From: a virus
Taxonomy: Duplodnaviria > Caudoviricetes
Reading direction: 5' to 3' (one strand)
IMG/VR virus record: IMGVR_UViG_2877079323_000003
Span: 5,715 to 69,714 of that record
DNA: 64,000 nucleotides
The position numbers and the translations under genes are program-made. A model generated the notes under the pieces. That model was not told the origin of the DNA, searched no databases, and was given only the letters and a program-made list of their open reading frames with translations. This document shows, one piece after another, positions 38,732 through 49,834 of this stretch (position 1 is the first letter of the stretch; each line of letters opens with the position of its first letter).

Positions 38732-39077
38732 GGTCGTGGCTCCATGTCAGTAGCGGACGTTTAGGGAATCGAGTGCGCGGCGCAAACCTGGAAGATTACG
38801 AGCCTTGGAATCGAGGCTCTGGTAAATGCTGTTGGACGCCAGGAGCGCTCCCTTAGCTGAGAGATCCCGGAGGTAGTTGAAGTCTTTTCGGTAGGAATCT
38901 GGGATGTCGCCGGACATGCTATTCTCCCTTGCCTGGATGGAATGTGCGAGTTGTCGTCAGTGCAATGGCTTGTTCATTTAAGCACTTGGGTACCGAATCC
39001 ACAATCATCCGTTTGGAGGACACGATTGGTTGTTGTGAACTATGCAATCAGGGTGTCCTGTGCTTAATTAGAAGTAG

Positions 39078-40964
39078 ATGCAATTCGACAACCACGTCAA
39101 CCTACTGATCGGCACAGTCCGAGTCGCTCCAGATCCCTCGACTACGGGGGAGTCCTTTACGCTGATGCCAGGAGATGCAGCCCCGTTCAAGCCGAACATG
39201 CCAGTCACCCTGGTCGCCCCTGACGTAGAGATGCCCACGCGGGACAACGCGGAGATCGCCTACGTACGCGAGGTCAACGATCACGAGCTGGTAGTCACAC
39301 GCGCACAAGAGGGCACGCTTCCAATGCAGGTGAAGTCTGGGTGGAGGGTGGTAGCCAGTCTGACGGTGAAGACGATCACCGATATTGAGCATGCTGTGGC
39401 TCAGAAGGTGTCGCCGGAAGATCTCGCTGAGGTTGCCATGAGCGGTGAGTACCAAGACATACTCAATATCCCTGAGCCAGTAGATATCTCAGGAAAAGCC
39501 GACACAGCCTACGTCGACGCACGCGATGCCTTGGTCGCACAGACATCTGAACTTGCCTTGGAGGAAGCGGTCACCAAGCTGTCTCCACGCACGTACGAGG
39601 TCCCTGATGGCGTAGAGAACTATCAAATTCCTACGGATGCGAGTGTCGTCATTGCTCTTGGGTCTCAGATCGGCTCGTGGATACTGCCCGTCCCCGTGGA
39701 GAATAAACAGATAACCGTCATTAACTCTAGTGGTGACCCCGTGTCTGTAGACGGGGCGTATGCACCTCATTCAATCGTGAGTGGCGGGCAGACGACATTT
39801 ACTGCGGTGAGCGTATCGGGAGATGATTTGCTGTGGGCATTCATCGAAACAGGAAGTGTGGATGCGATAACGAAGCTCTCCAGTATAGAGGCTGGGGCAC
39901 AGGTGAATGAAGTCAATTCAGTAAATAGCAAGCAAGGCGCTATAGTGCTTACTAAATCAGACATAGGCCTCGGCAACGCAGACAACACCTCCGACCTAGA
40001 TAAACCAGTGAGTGCCGCTACGCAGACGGCATTGAATGGAAAAGTAGATAGATCGAGTACGGCCAACGTGATCTACGGTAGAAACTCGGCCAATGTGGAA
40101 TCAGCGATACCAATGACGGAAACAGCAGCCACGCCCTGGACTATACCAAGACGGGATAGTGCGGGACGCATGAAGGTTGTGGCGGCAGCTGCCGCAGAGG
40201 ATGCTGTGAATAAGTTCCAAATGGACGCAGCAGACGCCCTAAAGGTGAATAAGGCTGGGGATACGATGACGGGGCAACTCAGGATGGCTAGCTCTGCCGC
40301 AAATGGACTAATAAGAGTTGAGCAAGCAGCAAACAACTCAAATAACGGCATCCGAATGGTTAATGCAGGAGTGACACTTGGTGCCAATGTCTACTTTTCT
40401 GATGCCTCAACGCTTTCAGTAATTTCTGACGGTACATTAAATCTTAACGGGGCTGGAAACAGAGTTCGCATATCTGGCTCAGAAGTAATATCAGGCACTG
40501 GCTTCCCTAACGGCGTAGTATCTGCTCCTGTAGGCTCTACTTACATAGACACTAACGCTACAAATGGTGCTATAGAATGGAAAAAAGCAACAGGCATAGG
40601 TAATACTGGGTGGGTTGTGAGTGTGGGGGATATATCAACTACAATTCCAGCGTCTGACTTACTTAACGGTTGGGACTATGAAAGTGCTATTTTTGGTATG
40701 CGACTTGCAAGGACTGGGAATATAGTTACTCTAATAATCCCTTCTATTGGGTTGCGTGGAACATCTGCGACAGCTAACATATTCTATGCACTTCCTGCAG
40801 GGTATCGTATAAACACTACTGGAAATTACGGAATGGTGGGTTATATTGCTGCTGGTGGTGTGATTGCTGTAACTAGAGACTTCAATAATCTATCATGCTC
40901 GGCTAGAACTAACATCAGTGGAATACTATCATGGAGAACTTCAGAACCGTGGCCAGCAGCATAA
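39078..40964 (+). CDS. Tail/fibre-like structural protein
   Basis: VTRAQEGT N-domain, KSDIGLGNADNTSDLDKPVS, KVNKAGDTMTG, beta-rich C-terminus. Confidence 0.75.
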   Translation: MQFDNHVNLLIGTVRVAPDPSTTGESFTLMPGDAAPFKPNMPVTLVAPDVEMPTRDNAEIAYVREVNDHELVVTRAQEGTLPMQVKSGWRVVASLTVKTITDIEHAVAQKVSPEDLAEVAMSGEYQDILNIPEPVDISGKADTAYVDARDALVAQTSELALEEAVTKLSPRTYEVPDGVENYQIPTDASVVIALGSQIGSWILPVPVENKQITVINSSGDPVSVDGAYAPHSIVSGGQTTFTAVSVSGDDLLWAFIETGSVDAITKLSSIEAGAQVNEVNSVNSKQGAIVLTKSDIGLGNADNTSDLDKPVSAATQTALNGKVDRSSTANVIYGRNSANVESAIPMTETAATPWTIPRRDSAGRMKVVAAAAAEDAVNKFQMDAADALKVNKAGDTMTGQLRMASSAANGLIRVEQAANNSNNGIRMVNAGVTLGANVYFSDASTLSVISDGTLNLNGAGNRVRISGSEVISGTGFPNGVVSAPVGSTYIDTNATNGAIEWKKATGIGNTGWVVSVGDISTTIPASDLLNGWDYESAIFGMRLARTGNIVTLIIPSIGLRGTSATANIFYALPAGYRINTTGNYGMVGYIAAGGVIAVTRDFNNLSCSARTNISGILSWRTSEPWPAA

Positions 40965-40983
40965 AACAATAAGGAGAACAATC

Positions 40984-41238
40984 ATGGACCCATTCGACAC
41001 AAGCAAATATAATATTCAAAGAAAAGAAGACGGTACACTCGTCAGAGTAGACGGCCTAGGCGGTGAAACACCCGAAATGACCATTGACTACTACGACTCA
41101 CAAATTGCCTACCACGAGCAAGTAGTGGCAAATCTTGAAGCGCAAAAGATGAAATTGGCTGATTGGTTGGTGGATAATCCAGAGGTAGAAGCGGACGAGC
41201 CAGCGGAGCTACAAGTACCAGAAAACGCCGCCAACTAG
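40984..41238 (+). CDS. Small acidic protein (possible fibre chaperone)
   Basis: AAGGAG RBS; follows the fibre gene. Confidence 0.5.
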   Translation: MDPFDTSKYNIQRKEDGTLVRVDGLGGETPEMTIDYYDSQIAYHEQVVANLEAQKMKLADWLVDNPEVEADEPAELQVPENAAN

Positions 41239-41247
41239 AGACGTCAG

Positions 41248-41706
41248 ATGAACTACATCACCACTCCCCACGAAGCTGAACTGAACGCAGCAGAGAAAAT
41301 GAAGTCCTGGGGCTTCACCGATGCCGTCGCTACAACTGGAGGAGCAGATGGTGGGATCGACGTTCGGTCGTCATCCGCGTTGGCGCAGGTGAAGTGGAAA
41401 GGCGGTGCTGCGGGCAGGCCTGAGATGCAGCAGCTGTACGGGGCGCGGGGGACTGATACCAAGAAGGCGCTATTCTTCTTTGCAGCGTCGAGTTACAGCA
41501 AGGCTGCGGTCGCCTATGCGGATGAGGTAGGTATCGGGTTGTTCACCTATGACCCGCTGGGCGAGGTGACGGCTGTGAATGCGCAGGCAGCTGCGGTGCT
41601 CAAAAGCCCGAAGGTTGTCGTCTCTTTTCCTGGTTGGGACTTTGGGCTTATCGGCGCGCTTATCGCTGTAGCTGCCCTCTTACTGGTATTCATTTTCACA
41701 ATCTGA
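41248..41706 (+). CDS. Mrr-like (PD-(D/E)xK) nuclease domain with C-terminal TM
   Basis: ADGGIDV...AQVK...EMQQLYGA...YSKAAVAYA. Confidence 0.8.
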   Translation: MNYITTPHEAELNAAEKMKSWGFTDAVATTGGADGGIDVRSSSALAQVKWKGGAAGRPEMQQLYGARGTDTKKALFFFAASSYSKAAVAYADEVGIGLFTYDPLGEVTAVNAQAAAVLKSPKVVVSFPGWDFGLIGALIAVAALLLVFIFTI

Positions 41707-41876
41707 TGTATATTCAGAGATGAAATGTACGGCGCAACGCAATTCGGTCAGATCCCTTTCGGCGGCAGTATCCGTCGAGTTGTTCACGATCTCGGACGCC
41801 GGGCGTTGTACGCGACAGTCTTGACGTCTAGTTCGAGCGCGACCGTACTGGAAAGCGTTAAACGGTAACAACTCTC

Positions 41877-44013
41877 ATGGCAACAACACTTCAAGTAGAT
41901 TCATTCAGTCTCAACAATATTCGTGAACGCACCACACTGGTTGAGGGTGTATCCGAGGGCGCAACAGAAATCAGAGTCGCGAGCACTCAAGGCTACGTAC
42001 CTGGTTCGATCATCTACGTAGGTGAACTGGCGCGTGATCGGTGTGAGAAGGCCGTGGTTGCATCCGTGACGGGCGGATCGACTGTGAGTCTGGTTTCACC
42101 GCTCGAGTACCCTCACGCAGCGTTTGGTGATGTCACAGCCGTACTTGGCGACATGATCCACTTCTACCGAGCAGCCAATGTGGACGGGAAAGTGCCGGCC
42201 GATGACCTGTTCAGTGTTCTCGCTACGCGTGACATCGATCCTGACCAACCATCGACGTACATGACAGATTCGGCGGGTGGGTCTGGATTTTGGTATCGCA
42301 GCACCTATTTTAATGCGAGCACGAACGAGGAGACTGCGCTCACCGACAGTGAAGCTCGGCGGGGCCAGGACTGTGGCATGACCCCCGTGAAGTGACCCGC
42401 AAGTTATGAGAATCCTTCCGCCCTGATCAAGGGCATGAAAGGCTTCATCTCATGGCTGGACGCAAACGGCACACACCCGAACAGATCATCCGCAAACTGC
42501 GCCACGGCGACGAACTCGCCGCCACAGGCGCCGACGTCGAGGAAATCGCCCGACAACTCGACGTCTCGGTGCCGACGCTCTACAACTGGCGCAAGCAGTA
42601 CGGCGGTATGAAAGCCGACGACGCCAAAGAGTTCAAGGAACTCAAGAACGAGAACGCCCTGCTCAAGAAGCTCCTCGCCGAAGCCGAGCTCGAAAAGGCT
42701 GCCCTCAAGGAGATTGCTCGGGGAAAATTCTGAGCCCGACCGCCAAACGAAACGCCGTGATGATGCTCCAGGAAACAATGGGGCTCTCGCAGCGTTTCGC
42801 CTGCAGAATCGTCGGGCAACCACGATCGACCCAACGCAAGAAAGTAGCAAGGAACACCTCGGATGATCCGGATGCCGATCTGCGGAAGTGGTTGCGGGAC
42901 TGGGCCAAAGCGAATGCCCGCAAGGGATTTCGTCGGGCGTGGGCGGACTTGCGTGCCGCGGGCTGGGTGATTAACAAGAAGAAGGTTCAGCGACTCTGGC
43001 GCGAGGAAGGACTGCGGGTGAACGTCCGCAAGATACGTAAACGGGCCGGCGCCTCGACTACTCCGATCACCGAGGCAGATGCACCGAAGGTTGTGTGGGC
43101 GATCGACTTTCAGTTCGACTCGACCACCGAGGGCCGGAAGTTCAAGATCGCGTCGATGGTCGACGAACACACCCGCCAGTCCGTACTGAACATTGTCGAG
43201 CGATCCATCCCGGCAGAGGACCTCGTCGCAGCGTTGAAGAAGGCGTTCGCGCTCTGGGGCGGCCCACCGCAGGTCCTGCGGTGCGACAACGGGCCCGAGT
43301 TCATCTCCGAGGCGCTGAGGACGTTCTGCGAGGATCAGGTCGGTATCGGCTACGTTCCACCTGGTCAGCCGTGGAAAAACGGCTACATCGAGTCCTTCAA
43401 CAACCGTGTCCGTGACGAATGCCTGAACATGAACGAATTCCACAGCCTCCTCGAAGCTCGGGTGGTCATCGAGGACTGGAAGGAGGACTACAACAACCGG
43501 CACCGTCATTCATCGCTGGCGTATCGAACTCCAAATGAGTACGCTGCCAGCTGTATTCACACGCATTGATTCTCTGATAGCGAGTGGCTCACCAAATGGG
43601 GTCCTGCCAACTGGGGTAACTACTGTTCGCTCGATGAGATCCGCACTGAGGCAGGATTTACCAGTGCTTTCAACCTGAACGACAGCCTGATCTTCCAGCA
43701 TCGACGATCGGCGCAGAGCGAGATCAATACTGCACTTGGATCTGTCTACACAGTGCCATTCAAGCCTGTCCCTGAAATCATCCGCACACTGACAATCAAG
43801 CTCGCTGCAGGGATGCTCCTGCAATCGGCTTACGGTGAGCGATCCTCACAGGCCAGTCTCAAGCTAAAAGAAGCACGCAACCAGATCAAAGCAATGCAGG
43901 ATCGAGATCAGACCATCTCAGACGAGGACGGTCATTCGATTGCTGGTGGCGGGATCACTAGCTGGCCAGGTGAAGACCAGCCACGAGCGTTCCATATGGG
44001 TGATCGGTTCTAG
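41877..44013 (+). pseudogene. Head-tail connector (Mu gp36-like C-terminus) split by IS3
   Basis: Halves rejoin across ACTG as RGQDWGNYCSLDEIR...PVPEIIRTLTIKLAAG. Confidence 0.7.
42374..43609 (+). mobile_element. IS3-family insertion sequence, copy 2 (orfA 42452-42733, orfB 42757-43569)
   Basis: Same ends and proteins as copy 1; 4-bp duplication ACTG. Confidence 0.95.
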
Positions 44014-44016
44014 CTG

Positions 44017-44487
44017 ATGGCGGGATCTGTTGTCCGCGTCAAAATTTCGGGCGACAAGGATGTCGTCAAGATGCTCAACGATGTCGGGTTAGAACTCAAA
44101 GACATGCAACTCGCGATGAAGGATGTCGGTAAGTACCTCAAAGGTCTGTACTCGGGTGAGGTCTTTGCTTCCAGGGGCGGGATTATTGGCGAGAGCTGGC
44201 CGCGCCTGAGTACGAAGTATGCAGCGTGGAAGGCCAAGAGGTTTCCCGGTCGCCCCGTCTTGGTTCGAACGGGGCTGATGCAGAGGTCGTTCAGCTACGC
44301 AGCGCAGCCATTGCAGGTTGAGATCAGCAACAAGGCCGCGCACTTCCGATACCACCAGAGCGATGAACCGCGCACGATCATGCCGTACCGCCCGATGATG
44401 AAGGTCGAGGACGCTCAGTACAACGAGATCGTGAAAACCATCAACGCTCGACTCGAGGCAACGATCAAGGCGAAGGGAGGAATCTAG
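44017..44487 (+). CDS. Virion morphogenesis / neck protein (Mu gpG-like)
   Basis: WPRLS..Y..WK...LVRTGLMQRS...YHQ...MPYRP. Confidence 0.75.
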   Translation: MAGSVVRVKISGDKDVVKMLNDVGLELKDMQLAMKDVGKYLKGLYSGEVFASRGGIIGESWPRLSTKYAAWKAKRFPGRPVLVRTGLMQRSFSYAAQPLQVEISNKAAHFRYHQSDEPRTIMPYRPMMKVEDAQYNEIVKTINARLEATIKAKGGI

Positions 44488-44489
44488 CC

Positions 44490-44987
44490 ATGTACGAGGA
44501 AACAACACAACGGATCGTCGACCTGATGAAGGAGACCTTCGTCGGTGGTCCCTTCGTAGAGTTCTACGACGGAGACCCCGATGAGATCCCGGCATTCAAC
44601 TTGCCGTGCATCGTGGTTGACCAGACCAACGACAACACTGCTCGTGCTACGTGGGGTGAGGACGACATCACTGACAGCATCATCATCAAGGTGATCTTCA
44701 ACAAGGCCGACGACTGGACTGCCGACGTAAATCCAAATGACCTGACATCGAGGAAGATTCGCCAGATCATCGCAGCGCGTGATCCCAAGACCGGGCGCTA
44801 CATGCCAAACACGGTCAAACATGCGATCCGATACTTCGCTACCAAGGGGCTGACAGCCGTAGCGAGTGACATGGAAATCGAGTACGGCATGGTCCCGCGT
44901 GTGAACGGCGACAAGGGGATCATTACTCAGGAAGGTTGGGTGAAATTCTCGGTCCAGTATGTCGCGGAAGTCGTTGAGGCGCAATAG
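44490..44987 (+). CDS. Putative tail terminator
   Basis: Position and LPCIVV motif. Confidence 0.55.
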   Translation: MYEETTQRIVDLMKETFVGGPFVEFYDGDPDEIPAFNLPCIVVDQTNDNTARATWGEDDITDSIIIKVIFNKADDWTADVNPNDLTSRKIRQIIAARDPKTGRYMPNTVKHAIRYFATKGLTAVASDMEIEYGMVPRVNGDKGIITQEGWVKFSVQYVAEVVEAQ

Positions 44988-45179
44988 CTATTCTCTTAAA
45001 TGGCCGAATGCAATATATTACGGGCATGGGAAAGTCTATAGAGAAAAACAAGAGTGTTCCTGAGGAACCTCGCGAAGAGTCAACAGATAAACAGACGTTC
45101 TTCCTGCCGTTCGAGCGCAAGGTCATCGAGGCCGAAACACTTGAGGAGGTAGTGGAACTGACGAAGAAAGAAGAGGACG

Positions 45180-46142
45180 GTGATGCCAACTGAACCATAC
45201 ATAGGAAGGCGTGAAGCGATTGGCTTCGGCGTAGGATCAGATCCAGCAGTGACGGTCGCGCCGCAAGCGTGGATTCACTGGTTGGACCAGGACATACAGT
45301 CAAAAACCGAGACGATCGAGAACGAAAGCGCCCTGGGCGTTGTCGAGAAGATCAACGACAGCGCAGTTGTCGGCAAGTGGGTCGAAGGAACGATCGGCGG
45401 CAAGGTTACCGAGGTTGGCGTTGGGTTTCCATTACTAGGGATCTTCGGATCTGTCACGACCGGAACGGCAGTCACTGGGATCTATCCGCACACGTTCAAC
45501 GTCAATCAGTCGAGTATCCCACCCGCAATAACTCTCGCGAAGGTCACTCCGATCCAATCGAAGCGGCACAGCTACGTAACCTTCGATACGTTCGAGCTGA
45601 CGGCTGAGGAAAAGGGCTGGGTACAGGTCAGCTCTGCAGTTAAGGCTCGAATCGGTGAGACATCAACTGAGGTAGTCGCGCTCACAACTGAGAAAGAGTT
45701 TACGAGCAAGAACATCGTGCTCAAGACAGCATCTTCAAGTGCTGGCCTGGCTGCTGCGCCGGCCATTGCTGCCAAGAGTCTGAAACTCAACATCGAGCGA
45801 CCATCGGAGATGACGTTGCTGCTAGGTGGTGACGATAACCCTGTGTTTGATCGTGGTGTCTTCGAAGCCAAGGGGGAGTTCGTGATTCGCTACCTCAGCA
45901 CTGACGTGGAAGACGACTATCTTTCGAACGCAATCAAGGCGATGAGCATCAAGATGACCAACGACGCAACAAGTCTGGAGTTTATCGCTACCAAGGTGCG
46001 CTTCCGTGAACTTGAGAAGTCGAGCGACCGCGACGAGATCGTGACGCAGACGGTGAGCTTCTACTGCGAGTTCGATACGACGGCAGGTAAAGCAATCCAA
46101 GCTGTGCTCAAGAACCCTCGCGCATCGTACGCAGCTGCGTAG
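45180..46142 (+). CDS. Major tail tube protein
   Basis: Size, YPHTF motif, position before chaperone and tape measure. Confidence 0.78.
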   Translation: MMPTEPYIGRREAIGFGVGSDPAVTVAPQAWIHWLDQDIQSKTETIENESALGVVEKINDSAVVGKWVEGTIGGKVTEVGVGFPLLGIFGSVTTGTAVTGIYPHTFNVNQSSIPPAITLAKVTPIQSKRHSYVTFDTFELTAEEKGWVQVSSAVKARIGETSTEVVALTTEKEFTSKNIVLKTASSSAGLAAAPAIAAKSLKLNIERPSEMTLLLGGDDNPVFDRGVFEAKGEFVIRYLSTDVEDDYLSNAIKAMSIKMTNDATSLEFIATKVRFRELEKSSDRDEIVTQTVSFYCEFDTTAGKAIQAVLKNPRASYAAA

Positions 46143-46203
46143 ATCTCTATTGACCAATGATATGCCCCTTGCTTAAATAGGGGCATATTTAATTGGAGAA
46201 TTT

Positions 46204-46790
46204 ATGGGACTAAATATTGTTGTTGATCGTAGGGTTGATCTTTCTGACTTTGGGCAAGGATGGGACGGTTGCTACCTTCTCGTTCGTGCTATGAACAGTG
46301 ATCAGTTGAACGAATACCAAGAAAAGATTCTCGGCGTAGCGCAGGACGACACAGCGAGCACATTGATGGACGAGAAGCTCACTGAACTGATAATCGGTGG
46401 CAAGATCATGAATACTGACGAAGGGACCGGTAAAACGAAGGCATTGATGTTCGATGTGGAGGACATACCTGATGTAATTGCGGCGCTCGGTTTAACGTTC
46501 AAGCAGCGTGCCCTCATGGTGAGTGCTGGTACCTACGGTTTAAAAGGGGTGAACTAGACGATCTCCGAAGATCGTACGAAGACTTCATAGTGCGTGATCT
46601 GGCGCAAGATGTTCCGGCTGATGTGCAGCTATCTGTATTCAAGTTCAGGTACAGGGAGCGCTTCGGCTTGTCTGTAAGCCAGATGGCGTCAGAACCATGG
46701 GAAGCGATTTGGGAAGCGGACGTAATCTGGTCGTTGGATAGAAAACGCGAACAGTTAGAAGAACAGAGACGATTAAACAGCCGAAATTAG
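46204..46790 (+). CDS. Tail assembly chaperone G (46204-46557) and GT extension by -1 frameshift (to 46790)
   Basis: In-frame slippery heptamer T TTA AAA at 46539-46545; -1 frame is open into ORF 46590-46790. Confidence 0.75.
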
Positions 46791-46886
46791 CGGCTGTTCT
46801 TTGTATGGTCGTATCATTGTCTGCGTGTTAGGTTAGAGATAGAAAGGCAGCGCCAATAACAGTAGCTGTCGGAGTTTTAATACCGC

Positions 46887-49010
46887 GTGGCAAACAAGAT
46901 CAATATCGTCATATCTGCAGACGGAAAATCAGCTCGACACGAGTTCGACATGACTGGCAAGTCCGTTGATGGTTTAACGGACAGTACGGATAAAAACGCC
47001 AAATCCTCAAAGGCTATGGGGATGGCTGCTGCCGCTGCGAAGGTAGCTATCGTCGCTACTGGGGTGGCTGCGGTGGCCGCTGCGAAGTATGCCATTACAA
47101 GCGCGGCTGACTACGAGCAGTCGCTCAACATCTTCGCTTCGGTAGCCGGTGCAACTGCCGAACAGATGAAACTTGTTGCGGCACAGTCACGGGCGCTTGG
47201 TAAGGATATTTCTCTACCAGGAGTCAGTGCTGCCGATGCAGCCTTGGCGATGACGGAACTCGCGAAGGCCGGCTTGTCTGTCAACGATTCGATGGCTGCC
47301 TCCAAAGGTGTTCTGTCACTGGCTAAAGCTGGACAGATGGAGACTGCTCAGGCTGCTGAGATTGCTGGCAACGCCCTCATGGCGTTTGGACTCAAAGGTG
47401 AAGAAGCGAACCGTGTTGCGGATCTCCTCGCTGCCGCTGCCAATGCATCAAGTGCTGGGGTCCATGATTTAGGAATTTCTCTCAGCCAGGCGAGTGCGGT
47501 TGCGGCGATGACCAAGCGTCCGGTCGAGGATGTCGTGACTCAACTCAGTCTCATGGCGAACGCAGGCCTGAAGGGTTCTGACGCTGGTACATCCGTGAAA
47601 TCAATGTTGATGGCGTTGATCTCGCCGTCGAGCACTGCGGCCGGTGCGATGAAAGAAATCGGGTTCAACGCCTACACCGCAGGCGGACAACTCAAATCGA
47701 CACGCGAAATCATCCAGGACATGACCAAGGCACTCAACGGAAAGACTGATGCGCAGAAGAACAGCTTGATGGCGGACATCTTCGGTAGCGATGGCATCAG
47801 GGCTGCGTCGATTGTCATGAAGGATGGTGTCGAGGGGTACGACAAGATGCGGAAGGCAGTCACCAAACAAGGTGCCTCTGCGGATCTTGCTGCCGCCCAA
47901 AACGCAGGATTCAAGGGTGCCCTAGATGCACTGAAGAGTTCAGTCGAGACTGTGGGTATCGATCTCGGCATGAAGATGCTTCCCGCATTAACCGGCGCGG
48001 TTACCTACATCGGAAACAAGGTTGAACCGACCTTCAACAGTTTAGTTGGCACCTCCGAGCGGATCTGGAAAGTACTGAGTAAGGTCGGAACAGAAGTCGC
48101 AACATACTTGAGTCCGAAACTGTCCGCGCTCTGGTCGACAGTAAATACCAGTCTTATTCCATCGTTCGTAAAGTTCTGGGATGCAATACAACCGCTCCTC
48201 CCAGTCATCGGTACGGTACTCGTGGTCGCGTTCGGACTCCTTCTTGACAGCGTGAATCTAGTGGTAGCCGCCTTTTCTGGCGTCATCTCGTTCGTGGCTG
48301 GTCTGGTGACTGCATTCAATGATGGCAATCCGATCGTCGTAGGCTTAGCTCTCGCCTTTGGATCGCTGGCTCTTGCAATGGGATTCAACGCAGTCTTCGG
48401 TGCACTGACTGCCGGGTTCGCAACTCTGACAACCACCACTATTCCAGGTGCGGTCCTATCCATCACTGGACTGAAAACCCTTATTACTACGCCGATCATC
48501 ATGCCTGCGATCGCTATCGCTGCTGCCCTTATTGCGATTCAGCAAGTCGCAAATGCGTATGACCAAATGAAATCGGCAATCGAAGAGAAAGATCGATCAA
48601 TCCGCAACACTCTCGCCATTACGATGCAACAGATCGATCGCAATGCCCGAATCCAGGCCGATCATGTGACATCGCTTGAGGGGAAGGCGAAGTCGCAGGA
48701 CCTTACGAACAAGATGATCCGTTTAGACCAGGCGGCGGGGTTAGCCCCTAACGGTGGACGCGCGATCGGTTCGGTATACGCACCTGGTGGTCGCACGCTC
48801 GTCGGTGAGCACGGTCCGGAATATGTTGACCTCCCTCAGGGATCGAAAGTCACGCAGGCCTACCGCACCAGAAATGAGCTGTCATCAGGTGGTGGCGCTC
48901 AAACAAGTCCCGCAGGTCACAGCGTTTATATCAAGGAAGTTCACAACCACAACGATGTGGATGTTGATCGCATGATCCGAAGCATTGGCTTCAAGTTGGC
49001 TACAGCATGA
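46887..49010 (+). CDS. Tape measure protein (TP901-type core)
   Basis: Ala-rich, ELAKAG, GLKGSDAGTS, IFGSDG, VGEHGPE. Confidence 0.92.
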   Translation: MANKINIVISADGKSARHEFDMTGKSVDGLTDSTDKNAKSSKAMGMAAAAAKVAIVATGVAAVAAAKYAITSAADYEQSLNIFASVAGATAEQMKLVAAQSRALGKDISLPGVSAADAALAMTELAKAGLSVNDSMAASKGVLSLAKAGQMETAQAAEIAGNALMAFGLKGEEANRVADLLAAAANASSAGVHDLGISLSQASAVAAMTKRPVEDVVTQLSLMANAGLKGSDAGTSVKSMLMALISPSSTAAGAMKEIGFNAYTAGGQLKSTREIIQDMTKALNGKTDAQKNSLMADIFGSDGIRAASIVMKDGVEGYDKMRKAVTKQGASADLAAAQNAGFKGALDALKSSVETVGIDLGMKMLPALTGAVTYIGNKVEPTFNSLVGTSERIWKVLSKVGTEVATYLSPKLSALWSTVNTSLIPSFVKFWDAIQPLLPVIGTVLVVAFGLLLDSVNLVVAAFSGVISFVAGLVTAFNDGNPIVVGLALAFGSLALAMGFNAVFGALTAGFATLTTTTIPGAVLSITGLKTLITTPIIMPAIAIAAALIAIQQVANAYDQMKSAIEEKDRSIRNTLAITMQQIDRNARIQADHVTSLEGKAKSQDLTNKMIRLDQAAGLAPNGGRAIGSVYAPGGRTLVGEHGPEYVDLPQGSKVTQAYRTRNELSSGGGAQTSPAGHSVYIKEVHNHNDVDVDRMIRSIGFKLATA

Positions 49011-49831
49011 AAGTAACACTCAACAATTTCGCACTCAATGACGCGAGCAACTACACATACCTCGATTCGATTACAGGACTTGATATTCCACCGATTCGCA
49101 CGTCGAGCGGAAACAGTAGTGGGCAATCAGGTGGATACATCGGCCCACAGCTCTACGGCATGAGGCCCATCACTCTTCCAGGACGAATTTTCAGCGCTGA
49201 CAAAGTAGTCCACGAAACTCGACGCAAACAACTGCAGGCTGCTCTGAGCACTGGTGACGTGGAGATGCGAGTCACCACAGATGGCGGAAACTGTTACATC
49301 ATCTACTGCAAGCTGATTGACTTCGACATGCCGATCTCGCGGATCGTGGATAAGTCTTCGTTCAACATCGAGCTGATGGCACCTGACGCGGTGATCTACG
49401 ACGATTCAATCAGCGGATTAAACAAGACACCGTTGCACCGTTTCGTCTCTGGTGGCCTGACGTGGCCTCTGAGTTGGCCGTTGGTATGGGCACCAGGTTC
49501 CCAACCGACGATCATCAACAACACCGGCACGGTCGTCTTGTTCCCCGTGATCACTCTGACAGGTTCGATGAGCAGCCCGACAATCACCAACCAGACCACT
49601 GGTCAGTCCTTCACCATGCCGGGGTTCACGACAGGACCGACCGACGTTGTAGTGATCGATATGCGCGCTCACACCGTGCTGTTGAACGGTGAGAACGTAC
49701 TCGGACTGACAGCGGAGAAGCCGGCAATCGCGTTGATAACTGGCAATAACCAGCTGTTCCTCCGTACGTCCAGCGGCTCGGACACCGTTGTTGGCGAGGT
49801 GAGTTGGAAGCCAGGGGTCATGGGGATTTAG
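49007..49831 (+). CDS. Distal tail protein (Dit)
   Basis: Follows TMP; RPITLPG, INNTGT...PVITLTG. Confidence 0.75.
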   Translation: MKVTLNNFALNDASNYTYLDSITGLDIPPIRTSSGNSSGQSGGYIGPQLYGMRPITLPGRIFSADKVVHETRRKQLQAALSTGDVEMRVTTDGGNCYIIYCKLIDFDMPISRIVDKSSFNIELMAPDAVIYDDSISGLNKTPLHRFVSGGLTWPLSWPLVWAPGSQPTIINNTGTVVLFPVITLTGSMSSPTITNQTTGQSFTMPGFTTGPTDVVVIDMRAHTVLLNGENVLGLTAEKPAIALITGNNQLFLRTSSGSDTVVGEVSWKPGVMGI

Positions 49832-49834
49832 CCG

